Program-made: the position numbers and the translations under genes
Notes under the pieces: generated by a model
Told to the model about the DNA's origin: nothing
Seen by the model: only the letters and a program-made list of their open reading frames with translations
Databases searched by the model: none
NCBI RefSeq assembly: GCF_000027125.1
Contig: NC_017626.1
Strand: one strand, 5' to 3'
Source of the DNA: Escherichia coli 042
GTDB lineage: Bacteria; Pseudomonadota; Gammaproteobacteria; Enterobacterales; Enterobacteriaceae
DNA: 64,000 nucleotides
Part shown: positions 43,415-52,503 of the stretch, one piece after another
Layout: the number at the start of each line of letters is the position of its first letter
How positions within the stretch are numbered: position 1 is the first letter of the stretch

Positions 43415-43880
43415 GAGACCGGGCGAGGGAGAAATCCCTCGCCACCTCTGATGTATTATGCATCCTCAACGCACCCACACTTAACCAGTTTTGGCGAGTT
43501 TATTTTATCTGTAAATATTTTTATAAAAATAATGCCCACGCACAGCATAAAACAAAAAGTATTACAGATAAAAAAGGAGCGTAATGTGCAGATTTGTTGT
43601 TTTCCATATTTACTCACCTTAATATGATTGATCTTGATAGGATTGTTATTTCAGTGGTTTTCAAATGAGATATTATGGTGATCTGGTAGATTTGCATAAC
43701 ATTAAAATTTAATTTGTTTAACCGCTTTTAATAATAAGCGTTGTTTTTATCCCGGCAATCTGTTGTTTGGTTTTTATTCCATTAAGGTGGGGACTTTACA
43801 CTGGAGCCAGTTTATTTATACTTCATACGTCAGCCTGAACAACTGGCATCTGCTGCACTGCGCCATCGAGAGATTGAGAA

Positions 43881-44480
43881 ATGGCGCATATACAACTGGT
43901 CAAACAAACTTCTTCTGGTTTACTTCTCCCGGCGACGCCGGAGAGTTGCGATTTTCTGCATCAAATCAAAATAGGTGAGTGGATACACGCAGACTTTAAG
44001 CGTGTGCGTAACTACGCATTCCACAAGCGTTTTTTCAAACTCCTGCAACTGGGATTCGATTACTGGACTCCGGTCGGTGGGGCGATCACACCTCGCGAAC
44101 GAGAAATGGTGTTCGGCTTCGTTGATTACCTGTGTGAATCAGTAGGCAGGGAACATACGCCAGCTCTGAGTGATGCCGCGGAACAATATCTGAATACCGT
44201 TGCGACACGCAGAACCCGGGATATGGCATTGCTCAAATCATTTGACGCTTTCCGCGAGTGGGTAACCATTCAGGCCGGATTTTACACCGAGCATTTTTAT
44301 CCTGATGGTAGTCGTGGGCGTCGGGCGAAATCCATCGCGTTTGCGAATATGGACGAAACCGAGTTTCAGCAGGTTTATAAATCTGTACTGAATGTGCTGT
44401 GGAACTGGATTCTGTTCCGTAAATTTTCCTCTCCGGAACAAGTCGAAAATGTGGCCGCGCAGCTACTGGAGTTTGCGTAA
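43881..44480 (+). CDS. Hypothetical nin-region phage protein
   Basis: 199 aa, immediately upstream of YbcO-like gene with stop/start overlap. Confidence 0.5.
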   Translation: MAHIQLVKQTSSGLLLPATPESCDFLHQIKIGEWIHADFKRVRNYAFHKRFFKLLQLGFDYWTPVGGAITPREREMVFGFVDYLCESVGREHTPALSDAAEQYLNTVATRRTRDMALLKSFDAFREWVTIQAGFYTEHFYPDGSRGRRAKSIAFANMDETEFQQVYKSVLNVLWNWILFRKFSSPEQVENVAAQLLEFA

Positions 44481-44770
44481 TGGTGGATTTACGTAAAGCG
44501 GCGCGGGGCCAGATGTGCCAGGTCAGAATCCCTGGCTACTGCAATCACAATCCCGAAACTTCTGTGCTGGCGCATTACAGGTTGGCAGGGACGTGCGGAA
44601 CAGCGACAAAACCACACGATATGCAGGCAGCGATTGCCTGTAACTCATGCCACGATTTAATCGACGGGCGGGTAAAAACCAGCGATTACACCAAAGAAGA
44701 ATTACGCCTGATGCATGCAGAAGGTGTTTTTCGCACGCAAGAAATCTGGAGAAAGGAAGGTTATTTATGA
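44480..44770 (+). CDS. YbcO-like protein (DUF1364, Cys-rich putative nuclease)
   Basis: 96 aa MVDLRKAARGQMCQVRIPGYCNHNPETSVLAHYRLAGTCGT...IACNSCHDLIDGR, close to remembered DLP12 YbcO. Confidence 0.75.
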   Translation: MVDLRKAARGQMCQVRIPGYCNHNPETSVLAHYRLAGTCGTATKPHDMQAAIACNSCHDLIDGRVKTSDYTKEELRLMHAEGVFRTQEIWRKEGYL

Positions 44771-45303
44771 TTTACCCAACAAATACAGGCAAAAGCGGGG
44801 AACACCTTCGTCTCACCACGCTGGAAAGTGTCTGGATTCAGGGAAAACTGCGCATGTGGGGGCGCTGGTCGTATATTGGCGGCGGTAAGACGGGGAATAT
44901 GTTTAACCAGTTGCTGGCGTCAAAAAAATTGACGAAAACAGCCATCAATGAAGCCCTGCGCAGAATGAAAAAAGCGGGAATAGAGAAAGCTGAGCTGGAA
45001 GCGTTTTTGCGAGAGATGATCAACGGCAAGCAAAAGAGCTGGCTGGCGCATTGTACTGATGCAGAGGCACTAAAAATTGATAGTGTTATAGGTGAAGTTC
45101 TGGCGGATCATCCAGGACTACTAAATGTCCTGAGTCAGCGTTATGTGGGGCGAGGGATGAGTAAGAGAAGGATGGCCGAGTTATTAAACGAACAGTACCC
45201 AGAGTGGGCGTTGATTACATGCCGACGTCGTGTTGATCAGTGGTTGCGTGTTGCTGAGTTCATTTTGTATTCACCTATGAGAGAAGCGTTCGATTATGCT
45301 TAA
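44767..45303 (+). CDS. Putative late-gene antiterminator Q
   Basis: 178 aa; last nin-region gene, directly upstream of terminator hairpin, tRNAs and lysis cassette; family assignment from memory only. Confidence 0.5.
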   Translation: MIYPTNTGKSGEHLRLTTLESVWIQGKLRMWGRWSYIGGGKTGNMFNQLLASKKLTKTAINEALRRMKKAGIEKAELEAFLREMINGKQKSWLAHCTDAEALKIDSVIGEVLADHPGLLNVLSQRYVGRGMSKRRMAELLNEQYPEWALITCRRRVDQWLRVAEFILYSPMREAFDYA

Positions 45304-45397
45304 AAAATCATTGCAAAATGAGCCACAAACTGCTTCAATTTCGGTACGCTTCGCATAGCTGTATCGCGAGGCAAATTAAGCGCATGAACTTTAATAC

Positions 45398-45425
45398 AAC
45401 CCGCCATTGAGCGGGTTTTGTTGTT
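45398..45425 (+). terminator. Rho-independent terminator downstream of Q (candidate tR')
   Basis: ACCCGC-CATTGA-GCGGGT hairpin followed by TTTGTTGTTT. Confidence 0.45.
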
Positions 45426-45665
45426 TCTGTGGCGTGATATCAGAAACGACATTTAATAATCGCCTTCAAAATAAATTTGTTTATACATTGTCATGTATAT
45501 TTTAAGTGAAAGTGAATTATTCACATAAAATAAAAACACATAAATAAATTTACATAACTTGACGCAAAGTGTTGTTGCGATTGGAATATTAAATCGTATC
45601 ATCGAAAACGGTTCTGAGGGGGAACTCTTCTTTGCTCGGTGATATCGCTCCCCTGAAGAACCAAT

Positions 45666-45741
<76 letters not shown>

Positions 45742-45744
45742 TAT

Positions 45745-45819
<75 letters not shown>

Positions 45820-46182
45820 GCATTTGAAACAAGCCTTATTGTATTGCGGCACTGGCGTATTTTTTTATTACGTGGGAGCAGGTTGTTTTGAAAAAGCATT
45901 CTGTTCTCTGGCTATGATTTGAGGCCGGGTGTAGCCTCAGTGCTGATTTTTTACGGCAGCAGAATGGTGCATTATCGGTGGAGATTTTGTATTTCCTGGC
46001 AGGGTCGGTGATGCATCATTCTGGTGTTGTAAAAGCACCGCAGAGGCGTTCCTCAGGGCGAGGGTGGTTTAAAGAGTCGGTTTAGCGGGAAACCACAGTA
46101 TCCATACGGCACGGAATACTTCGGGAGGCACCCGACGCCTCGGTTTTATAACAATTAAATAATTCATCCCTTAATTGACCAA

Positions 46183-46207
46183 CCGCCGTATCAGGCGGTT
46201 TTTTTTA
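46183..46207 (+). terminator. Rho-independent terminator in the tRNA-holin spacer
   Basis: CCGCC-GTATCA-GGCGG hairpin followed by T9. Confidence 0.5.
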
Positions 46208-46595
46208 TTCCTTTCTCAGGACAAAAAAATACACGAGCATCCAGGAATACTCGTGGGACAACGTCCTTTGGATAGCAATTTGCGAGAGGGTGAAAAGTAG
46301 CGCGGTCGTCGGATTAAGACCGCGGGACAAAGTCCATGAAGAAGAATAAGTATCGGTCTCCTTCCGGAGACGAGTTGATATTACTAAGCTTTAAAAATGG
46401 TTTAAATCCTCAGATCAACCTTAATTTCAGATAAGGTTTATTTCATTTTCTCCGCGTCACATCCGACGCACATCACATCAGATAACACCACACAAAAGGC
46501 ATCTGCGGGTGTCTTTGACGGGGTGTTTTTTACGGGCCGCTGGTGGCCATTTTTTGTTTCCATTACACAGCGCCCGCATCTGCGAGGTGGGGGTT

Positions 46596-46811
46596 ATGAA
46601 ATCCATGGATAAGTTAACAACGGGTGTCGCCTATGGCACCTCCGCAGGCAGTGCTGGCTACTGGTTTTTACAGCTGCTCGATAAAGTCACGCCCTCACAG
46701 TGGGCAGCAATAGGTGTGCTGGGTAGCTTGGTATTTGGCCTGCTGACGTACCTGACAAACCTTTATTTCAAGATTAAAGAAGATAAGCGCAAGGCTGCGA
46801 GAGGTGAATAA
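46596..46811 (+). CDS. S: Class II pinholin (phage 21 S21-like) with dual-start motif
   Basis: 71 aa [71 protein letters not shown]; Met1/Met4 dual start; two TM domains. Confidence 0.85.
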
Positions 46812-47308
46812 TGCCTCCATCATTACGAAAAGCCGTTGCTGCTGCTATTGGTGGCGGAGCAATTGCTATAGCATCAGTGTTAATCACTGGCCCAAGTGGT
46901 AACGATGGTCTGGAAGGTGTCAGCTACATACCATACAAAGATATTGTTGGTGTATGGACTGTATGTCACGGGCATACAGGAAAAGACATCATGCTCGGTA
47001 AAACGTATACCAAAGCAGAATGCAAAGCCCTCCTGAATAAAGACCTTGCCACGGTCGCCAGACAAATTAACCCGTACATAAAAGTTGATATACCGGAAAC
47101 AACGCGCGGCGCTCTTTACTCGTTCGTTTACAACGTGGGCGCTGGCAATTTCAGAACATCGACGCTTCTTCGCAAAATAAACCAGGGCGATATCAAAGGC
47201 GCATGTGATCAGCTACGTCGCTGGACATATGCTGGCGGTAAGCAATGGAAAGGTCTCATGACTCGTCGTGAGATTGAGCGTGAAATCTGTTTGTGGGGTC
47301 AGCAATGA
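46811..47308 (+). CDS. R: SAR (signal-anchor-release) endolysin, lysozyme family (R21-like)
   Basis: 165 aa; Gly/Ala-rich N-terminal SAR domain ([20 protein letters not shown]) then lysozyme-like domain; TAATG overlap with holin. Confidence 0.85.
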   Translation: MPPSLRKAVAAAIGGGAIAIASVLITGPSGNDGLEGVSYIPYKDIVGVWTVCHGHTGKDIMLGKTYTKAECKALLNKDLATVARQINPYIKVDIPETTRGALYSFVYNVGAGNFRTSTLLRKINQGDIKGACDQLRRWTYAGGKQWKGLMTRREIEREICLWGQQ

Positions 47309-47769
47309 ACAGAGTAACCGCGATTATCTCCGCTCTGGTTATCTGCATCATCGTCTGCCTGTCATGGGCTGTTAATCATTACCGTGATAATGCCATTACC
47401 TACAAAGCGCAACGCGATAATGTGAAGGAAAAACTCAACCAGGCGACCGCAATCATTACTGACATGCAGATACGCCAGCGTGATGTTGCTGCACTCGATG
47501 CAAAATACCTGAAGGAGTTAGCTGATGCGAAAGCTGAAAATGATGCTCTGCGTGATGATGTTGCCGCTGGTCGTCGTCGGTTGCACATCAAAGCAGTCTG
47601 TCCGTCCGTGCGTGAAGCCACCATCGCCTCCAGCGTGGATAATGCAGTCTCCCCCAGACTGGCAGACACCGCTGAACGGGATTATTTCACCCTCCGGGAA
47701 CGACTGGTAATGATGCAGGCCCAACTTGAAGGTGCTCAGCAATACATAACCGAACAGTGTTTAAAGTAA
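47305..47769 (+). CDS. Rz: Spanin inner-membrane subunit (Rz-like)
   Basis: 154 aa from [21 protein letters not shown]..., N-terminal TM plus coiled-coil; ATGA overlap with endolysin. Confidence 0.75.
   Translation: MNRVTAIISALVICIIVCLSWAVNHYRDNAITYKAQRDNVKEKLNQATAIITDMQIRQRDVAALDAKYLKELADAKAENDALRDDVAAGRRRLHIKAVCPSVREATIASSVDNAVSPRLADTAERDYFTLRERLVMMQAQLEGAQQYITEQCLK
47525..47710 (+). CDS. Rz1: Spanin outer-membrane lipoprotein subunit (Rz1-like), embedded in Rz in another frame
   Basis: 61 aa, signal peptide with lipobox VVGC, proline-rich mature region. Confidence 0.65.
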   Translation: MRKLKMMLCVMMLPLVVVGCTSKQSVRPCVKPPSPPAWIMQSPPDWQTPLNGIISPSGNDW

Positions 47770-47906
47770 AATCTTAACTACAATATGATTCATTTTGATG
47801 ATTGTTTCATAAGGAACAGTGAAGTAAGATCTAAGATGAGTTAAATTTTATACAGTATAATCATAATGTTGCAGCAAGGTGGTTATAATTGAAAGAATAT
47901 TTAGAT

Positions 47907-49364
47907 ATGAATACATCTCATGTAAGAGTTGTTACTCATATGTGTGGGTTCCTGGTTTGGCTCTATAGTCTTTCAATGTTGCCACCAATGGTTGTAGCAT
48001 TGTTTTATAAAGAAAAAAGCCTGTTCGTTTTCTTTATAACTTTCGTTATATTTTTTTGCATTGGTGGCGGAGCGTGGTATACAACTAAGAAATCTGGTAT
48101 TCAATTACGTACCCGTGATGGGTTTATTATAATTGTAATGTTTTGGATTTTGTTTTCTGTTATTAGTGCATTCCCTTTATGGATTGACTCAGAACTTAAT
48201 TTAACGTTTATTGATGCTCTATTTGAAGGGGTTTCTGGAATAACAACAACAGGAGCAACTGTAATTGATGATGTTAGTTCATTACCTCGGGCATATTTGT
48301 ACTATCGGTCACAGTTAAATTTTATAGGTGGCTTAGGAGTTATTGTTCTGGCGGTTGCTGTATTGCCATTATTGGGTATTGGTGGTGCAAAGCTTTATCA
48401 GTCAGAAATGCCAGGGCCATTTAAGGATGACAAACTTACTCCCCGCCTGGCCGATACGTCACGGACACTTTGGATAACTTATTCTTTATTAGGTATTGCT
48501 TGTATTGTCTGTTATAGACTTGCAGGAATGCCTTTGTTTGATGCTATTTGTCACGGGATATCCACAGTTTCGCTTGGTGGTTTCTCAACTCATAGCGAGA
48601 GTATCGGATATTTTAATAACTATTTGGTTGAGCTGGTGGCTGGTTCTTTTTCCCTGCTATCGGCTTTCAACTTCACCCTTTGGTATATTGTTATTAGCAG
48701 GAAAACGTTAAAACCTTTAATCAGAGATATTGAACTTCGTTTCTTTCTGTTAATAGCCTTAGGGGTGATCATTGTTACCTCTTTCCAGGTCTGGCATATA
48801 GGTATGTATGACTTGCCTGGAAGTTTTATTCATTCGTTTTTTCTTGCCAGCTCCATGCTCACTGATAATGGTTTAGCTACGCAGGATTACGCAAACTGGC
48901 CCACGCACACGATAGTGTTTTTGCTGTTGTCAAGTTTCTTTGGGGGATGTATAGGTTCAACTTGTGGTGGAATTAAGTCACTTCGATTTCTTATACTTTT
49001 CAAACAAAGCAAACACGAGATAAACCAGCTTTCTCATCCCAGAGCGTTGTTGAGTGTAAATGTAGGAGGGAAGATAGTTACAGATCGTGTAATGAGGTCT
49101 GTATGGAGTTTCTTTTTTCTTTATACTCTCTTCACGGTGTTTTTTATACTGGTGTTAAATGGTATGGGATATGATTTTCTTACATCATTTGCAACAGTGG
49201 CTGCATGTATTAATAATATGGGATTAGGTTTTGGGGCTACTGCATCGTCATTCGGAGTGCTTAATGACATTGCAAAATATTTAATGTGCATAGCTATGAT
49301 TCTTGGTCGCCTTGAAATTTATCCTGTTATTATATTGTTTTCAGGTTTTTTTTGGCGCTCCTAA
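47907..49364 (+). CDS. trkG: Potassium uptake protein TrkG (TrkH family), prophage moron
   Basis: 485 aa from MNTSHVRVVTHMCGFLVWLYSL...; visibly AT-rich relative to flanks. Confidence 0.9.
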   Translation: MNTSHVRVVTHMCGFLVWLYSLSMLPPMVVALFYKEKSLFVFFITFVIFFCIGGGAWYTTKKSGIQLRTRDGFIIIVMFWILFSVISAFPLWIDSELNLTFIDALFEGVSGITTTGATVIDDVSSLPRAYLYYRSQLNFIGGLGVIVLAVAVLPLLGIGGAKLYQSEMPGPFKDDKLTPRLADTSRTLWITYSLLGIACIVCYRLAGMPLFDAICHGISTVSLGGFSTHSESIGYFNNYLVELVAGSFSLLSAFNFTLWYIVISRKTLKPLIRDIELRFFLLIALGVIIVTSFQVWHIGMYDLPGSFIHSFFLASSMLTDNGLATQDYANWPTHTIVFLLLSSFFGGCIGSTCGGIKSLRFLILFKQSKHEINQLSHPRALLSVNVGGKIVTDRVMRSVWSFFFLYTLFTVFFILVLNGMGYDFLTSFATVAACINNMGLGFGATASSFGVLNDIAKYLMCIAMILGRLEIYPVIILFSGFFWRS

Positions 49365-49501
49365 TATATGGCTGATTTATAATTGTGAGTTTAATATTAT
49401 ATTGACTCACTCATTGATCCAATACCTAACTTTACCAGCAACACCTCCGCCCCCAGTAGCACTGGCTGCTGGGGTGCGTTTTATTCATAAAGCAAGGCTG
49501 T

Positions 49502-50293
49502 ATGAGCGAGAAATTGAAGATCGTCTATCGCCCTTTACAAGAACTGTCTCCGTATGCACACAACGCCAGGACACACAGCCCTGAGCAGGTGGCACAACTG
49601 GTAGAAAGCATTAAGCAATTCGGCTGGACTAATCCGGTGCTGATTGATGAAAAGGGCGAAATTATTGCTGGTCACGGTCGCGTTATGGCGGCTGAAGTGC
49701 TCAAAATGGATTCCATTCCGGTCATCGTTCTGTCTGGTTTGATGGATGATCAGAAAAAGGCGTACCGCCTGGCAGATAATCGCCTGCCGCTGAACGCTGG
49801 CTGGGATGAAGAACTGTTGCGGATGGAGCTGTCGGAGCTAATCAATGCTGATTTTGATATCTCCCTGACAGGATTCAGCCCGACAGAAATTGATGAACTG
49901 TTGACGGATGTTTTGCCAGGTACAGGAAATGAGGAGGAGCCGTACACGACGAAAATTGATACGCCTGTTTATGAGCCGTCGGGCGATAAACCGGACATCA
50001 GTGAGCTGTACGACGATACGAAAACTCAGGAGCTGATCAGCCGGATACGTTCGGCGTCCCTTGAGCCCGATATCGAAAAATTCCTCCTGTGCGCGGCAGA
50101 ACGCCACACGGTGTTTAATTTCAGCAGAATTGCGGACTATTACGCTCACGCCCCCGCTGAAATTCAGTGTTTTTTCGAGGAGTCGGCGCTGGTGATCATT
50201 GATTATCAGCAGGCTATTGAAAATGGATTTGTCCGGATGACGCAGCGCATGGTGGAGATCATGCATGGTGGTGAGGAGGAGGAATATGCGTGA
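49502..50293 (+). CDS. ParB-like nuclease domain protein (apparently full-length counterpart of the K-12 ynaK remnant)
   Basis: 263 aa; N-terminal ParB/Srx-like domain (LSPYAHNARTHSPEQV...GHGRVMAA). Confidence 0.65.
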   Translation: MSEKLKIVYRPLQELSPYAHNARTHSPEQVAQLVESIKQFGWTNPVLIDEKGEIIAGHGRVMAAEVLKMDSIPVIVLSGLMDDQKKAYRLADNRLPLNAGWDEELLRMELSELINADFDISLTGFSPTEIDELLTDVLPGTGNEEEPYTTKIDTPVYEPSGDKPDISELYDDTKTQELISRIRSASLEPDIEKFLLCAAERHTVFNFSRIADYYAHAPAEIQCFFEESALVIIDYQQAIENGFVRMTQRMVEIMHGGEEEEYA

Positions 50294-51218
50294 TGATTTT
50301 TGCGCCTTTATTCTGACTCACGGGCGACCGGACAAAGTTCTGACTTACCGGACGTTGCGTCGTGCTGGCTATACCGGGAAAATTTTTATCGTTGTTGATG
50401 ATGAAGATAAGACACGGCATCAGTACATGGCTGAATTTGGTGAACAGGTGCTGGTGTTTTCCAAAGCCGATATCGCCAGTCGTTTTGACGAAGCCGATAA
50501 TTTCGGTGACCGCCGCTCAATTTTTTACGCCCGTAATGCCTGTTTCGACCTGGCAAAACTGGTCGGGTGTAAATACTTCATTCAGCTCGATGATGATTAT
50601 CACGAGTTCCAGTTTCGGGTGGATCGCAACTATGACCAGGCCTATTTTCCGATAAGGAAACTGGATGCGATCCTTTCTGAAATGCTGGCGTACTACGAAT
50701 CAATACCTGCTCTTTCCATCGCTATGTCGCAGGGCGGGGATTTTCTTGGTGACAATGGCGGCCATGCTTCGTGGGTGAAACGCAAGGCAATGAACAGCTT
50801 TATCTGTTCGGTTGATCGACCGTTCTCATTCATGGGGCGCATTAACGAGGATGTGAATACGTACACGAATCTCGGTCGCTGTGGTGAATTGTTTATGACG
50901 ATCGGTGCTGTCCAGTTAGGGCAGAAACAGACGCAGAAAAACAGCGGCGGAATGACCGAGCTGTATCTGGATTCCGGAACCTACGTTAAAAGTTTTTACT
51001 CCGTCATGTATGCGCCGTCGTGCGTAAAAATCTCACTGATGGGTGCCAGCCATAAACGCATTCACCATCAGGTCACCTGGAACAACGCTGCAGTAAAAAT
51101 CCTTCACGAAAAATACAGGAAGAAGACACCCTGCATATCAATAGGGGTGACAAATGATTCCATATTCGAAAGTCGAGTCTCTGGCAGCGTGCCGGATGAC
51201 TGCACAACAAATCGCTGA
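50286..51218 (+). CDS. Uncharacterised phage protein with DxD-type motif (possible GT-A-fold nucleotide-sugar transferase)
   Basis: ATG 50286 after GAGGAGG RBS; 310 aa; FIQLDDDYHE and N-terminal AFILTHGRPDKV resemble GT-A signatures; assignment tentative. Confidence 0.45.
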   Translation: MRDDFCAFILTHGRPDKVLTYRTLRRAGYTGKIFIVVDDEDKTRHQYMAEFGEQVLVFSKADIASRFDEADNFGDRRSIFYARNACFDLAKLVGCKYFIQLDDDYHEFQFRVDRNYDQAYFPIRKLDAILSEMLAYYESIPALSIAMSQGGDFLGDNGGHASWVKRKAMNSFICSVDRPFSFMGRINEDVNTYTNLGRCGELFMTIGAVQLGQKQTQKNSGGMTELYLDSGTYVKSFYSVMYAPSCVKISLMGASHKRIHHQVTWNNAAVKILHEKYRKKTPCISIGVTNDSIFESRVSGSVPDDCTTNR

Positions 51219-51405
51219 CGTTCTGGATGTTGATCTGAACCGACTGAAAGAAAATCGGGAAGCAATGACAGATTTTTATGCGGCCATCCGTAAGGGCAGA
51301 GCGAAAGGTGAAGCCGAGTTACGAGCGGCATTGTTTAAGCTTGCCAGAAAAGGGGATGCCTTTGCTCTGCGCGAACTACTCAGGGTGGATAAAAATCAGG
51401 ACTAA
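51154..51405 (+). CDS. Small putative DNA-binding protein preceding terminase (start uncertain)
   Basis: 83-aa ORF overlapping 3' end of previous gene; HTH-like MTAQQIADVLDVDLNRLK. Confidence 0.4.
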   Translation: MIPYSKVESLAACRMTAQQIADVLDVDLNRLKENREAMTDFYAAIRKGRAKGEAELRAALFKLARKGDAFALRELLRVDKNQD

Positions 51406-51408
51406 CTG

Positions 51409-52503
51409 ATGAGCAGACCGGACTGGGGGGCGTTGCAGCAGGAGTATATTGCTGAATACACCCGCTCCGGTATATCTCCGGTGGCATGGTGTGAAGCAAG
51501 GGGACTGAATTACGCAACAGCCCGTCGTTACATCAAAAAACCTCCGAAAAATGCGCAGACAGAAATGCGCAAAACTGCGCAAAAAAGTGCGCAGAAAAAA
51601 TCTGCGCAGACTGCACAAAAGCGGAACGAAAAATCTCAGGAAAAAAAGCCAGTATTCGATGCGGGCCTGAATGAGGGCGACGCGGAGGAATTTTCGTTCT
51701 GTCCCGATGAATTCGGCATTTCTGACCAGCAGGCTAAGTTTGCGATGCTTGTTGCTCAGGGGAAAAAGCCGACAGAGGCGTACCGACTAGCCGGTTATGA
51801 GGGGCAAGGTGCGACAGCTAACAGCAACGCCAGTCGTATGCTTAGAAATGCCAGGGTTTTTCGCGCTATCAGCTACTTCCGCAATCAGTACCAGAAACGC
51901 TATACCGCAGACCTGGATTTACTGGTGAGTCAGTTGATGGCCATTGTCCTGGCCGACCCCAATCAGCTTGCACAATTTCGCCGTGTTAACTGCCGTTATT
52001 GCTGGGGCGAGAATCATCTCTACCAGTGGCGCGATATAGCAGAATTCGACAAGGCAGCGGCGCAGGCTTCCAGAGATGGCAAACCCGAACCGGAATATGG
52101 AGGCCTCGGCTTTGTTGATAACGCCATACCCAATCCGGACTGCCCGAAGTGCTGCGGTGAGGGAACGGGACAGCTTTATATGGCTGATACCACTCTGCTT
52201 GATGGGGATGCGCGGCAATTATATGCAGGGGCAAAACTCGGAAAATTCGGCGTTGAGATCCTGCTGGAGGATAAGGCTGCCGCCCGGCGTGAATTGTTGC
52301 GTTTGCTTTCTGCTGGCGGGGCTTTATGTGCAGATAAGCGGCTACAGGAACTGGAAATTGAACGACGCAGAATGGAAAACCAGAAGCTGCGCAAAGAGAT
52401 CGAAACGGTGGAAGATAATGAACATCCCCAGCCTGTGGCGATCAATATTAATGTGGTTGATGCCAGAGTAAGGAGTGATGAAGATGATCTCTCCGACGCT
52501 TAA
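51409..52503 (+). CDS. Terminase small subunit (putative)
   Basis: 364 aa, N-terminal HTH (GISPVAWCEARGLNYATARRYIKK), directly upstream of terminase large subunit. Confidence 0.6.
   Translation: MSRPDWGALQQEYIAEYTRSGISPVAWCEARGLNYATARRYIKKPPKNAQTEMRKTAQKSAQKKSAQTAQKRNEKSQEKKPVFDAGLNEGDAEEFSFCPDEFGISDQQAKFAMLVAQGKKPTEAYRLAGYEGQGATANSNASRMLRNARVFRAISYFRNQYQKRYTADLDLLVSQLMAIVLADPNQLAQFRRVNCRYCWGENHLYQWRDIAEFDKAAAQASRDGKPEPEYGGLGFVDNAIPNPDCPKCCGEGTGQLYMADTTLLDGDARQLYAGAKLGKFGVEILLEDKAAARRELLRLLSAGGALCADKRLQELEIERRRMENQKLRKEIETVEDNEHPQPVAININVVDARVRSDEDDLSDA

Noticed and set aside
45820-46595. Possible Shiga-toxin (stxAB) cargo between Q/tRNAs and the holin, as in Stx-converting lambdoid phages
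   Set aside because: No ORF of 60 aa or more in this interval, and nothing resembling an A-subunit (about 315 aa) plus B-subunit (about 89 aa) pair.
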